From assembly GCA_037447605.1 (NCBI GenBank), contig CM074804.1, positions 3,759,909 to 3,823,908 on the forward strand: a stretch of DNA of 64,000 bases, read 5' to 3'. Source of the stretch: Zygnema circumcarinatum SAG 698-1b (Eukaryota; Plantae; Zygnematophyceae). Position numbers and translations under genes: made by a program. Positions 62,601 through 64,000 of this stretch are shown here, one piece after another (position 1 is the stretch's first letter; every line of letters starts with the position of its first letter). The notes beneath the pieces were generated by a model. That model was not told the origin of the DNA and ran no database searches. It worked only from the letters and a program-made list of their open reading frames with translations.

Positions 62601-64000
62601 TGGTTGTCCAGAATCATTTGAGCTTGCTCATAGACCATCTGCAAAACAGCTAGCGAACAGGGAGTGCAAACGTACCGGACTGTGAATGAGAGGATTTCAG
62701 TATGCCACTTTTTGCTGAGCTCATCTGCTAAAAGGACGAGGTGCTAAAAAGTACTAACAGCTTGCCATCACAGACCACATATGCTGACCAATCTTCAGAA
62801 TCTAGGATCATTCTGCGAGGTTTCAGTTTCAAAGCCTGTCTACATTCTGATCACAGCACTGCTCTACGCGTTTTCCCAAGCGACAACAGCTCTATATGTG
62901 TACAAGCAATAAAGCGACGAGTGACATCTGCACGTTCCCCTGCACCTGGCCAGAGGAGCAGTATGAAAGCTGTGCCCCTATCCCCCTGTGCTCTCTCTAT
63001 GCACCTGATAGCGCGAGAGGATGACCGTGCGGCCGAAGCAGGTCGAAGCGACGCGGAAGCTTCGTTCCGGGTCCACCGTCCAGAGCACGCTGACCGCGAG
63101 GCGCTCTTCGCCGCCGCGCAGAGAACAGAGGTCCTCGCTGCACGGCCCGCCGGACCATTCAGGGGGGGGGGGCAGCTCACTACGGGAGAGAGGAAAGTAT
63201 TTGAGGAGTATTTGAGGTCACATGTGCAGCTTTTTTGGACATGATGATGCATGATGACTTGGCATCATCATCACCTGAGAAGTTCTGGAAGCATGTTCAG
63301 GCGTCGATCCACGAGGTACACAGTTGTGGATCTAGACCGAGCCTCCAAGTCCAGCAGACTGTCGGCCTTTACAAAGTACGATACGTCTGCTATGTGCACG
63401 CCCACCTGACTCAACCCACGCCGCATTTCAGACAAATAACAAAACAAGAAAAGCAACTTTCCATTCTAAACGTGCATCCGTAGGCCGTAAATCCTCCATC
63501 GTAGCAAACGTTGGAGAAGAAGGTAAGCACCTCTATCAGGCCGTTTGGAAGAAAGTGCAGGGAAAGGGCATCGTCCACATCTTTGCTGCCTGGAGGATCA
63601 ATACTGCAAGCCCATCCCAAAGCAAGTCGCAAATCAGTCCAAAAAAGTTGTTAAAGGTCAATTGTCCTTTGGGATGCCTTGCGGCATTGCCTCACTCTCT
63701 GTGAAATTCCATATCCCCACTTAATTGAAAGGCTGCTGTTGGACAACCTGCACGTAAAAAGAAGTTTGCGTAGATCACGGCGTGCTCGCAGTTCTTCCTG
63801 CGGAATTCTCCATGGGGCCTCCGTGGGAAGCTCATTCAGAGCTCTGCCCCCAAACAACAACCCATGTTCAAACCAGCTCTCAAGAATGTCCGTTGATTTT
63901 CAAAACTGGCCAAAGAACAGAGTCCGAAATTGCAGAAGTACGCTTCAAAAAACTCCCGTCTGTTTGTTTGTTTCCCTTTCAGTAAATTCCTCAACTGCTC
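56676..64000 (-). CDS. DIS3L: RNase II/RNB-family 3'-5' exoribonuclease, most similar by motif to DIS3L (DIS3L1); 5' part beyond the window
   Basis: Spliced motifs: [12 protein letters not shown]|[14 protein letters not shown] (catalytic Asp motif at 63570-63599), [62 protein letters not shown]|[18 protein letters not shown]|[15 protein letters not shown]|[27 protein letters not shown], and S1 ANGLLLFIP. Probable stop at 56676. Family is secure; paralog assignment is tentative. Confidence 0.88.

Noticed and set aside
1-64000. tRNA, rRNA, spliceosomal snRNA, CRISPR arrays, transposase/RT/integrase ORFs, U12-type introns
   Set aside because: None recognised by eye (no T-loop/cloverleaf, no repeat-spacer arrays, no GTATCCTT/ATATCCTT donors seen). 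tRNAscan-SE and Rfam/Infernal scans would be needed to exclude them formally.

Overview
Eukaryotic, intron-rich nuclear DNA (GT-AG introns mostly 80-600 nt, no operons). The gene set (PIAL, TGD3, LNK, SAP12-type AN1 finger) points to the streptophyte lineage. The compact gene spacing plus coactosin-like and DIS3L-like genes, which I do not know from angiosperms, suggest a streptophyte alga or very early-diverging plant (inference). I spliced ten protein-coding genes by hand: PIAL SUMO ligase (runs off the left edge), rhomboid-like RBL20, a VHL-beta + ATLF/PPEP-type zinc protease, a coactosin-like protein, a variant Nudix hydrolase, TGD3, TRM3/TARBP1, LNK, SAP12-like, and a DIS3L-like RNB exoribonuclease (runs off the right edge). 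Positions ~3.9-8.4 kb hold a nest of non-autonomous DNA transposons (one hAT-type family and one TA-flanked family) and a gap-bounded 1.3-kb duplication. I saw no tRNA, rRNA or CRISPR array. The most unusual object is the VHL-beta/zincin fusion gene. All family assignments come from motif recognition by memory, not from database searches.
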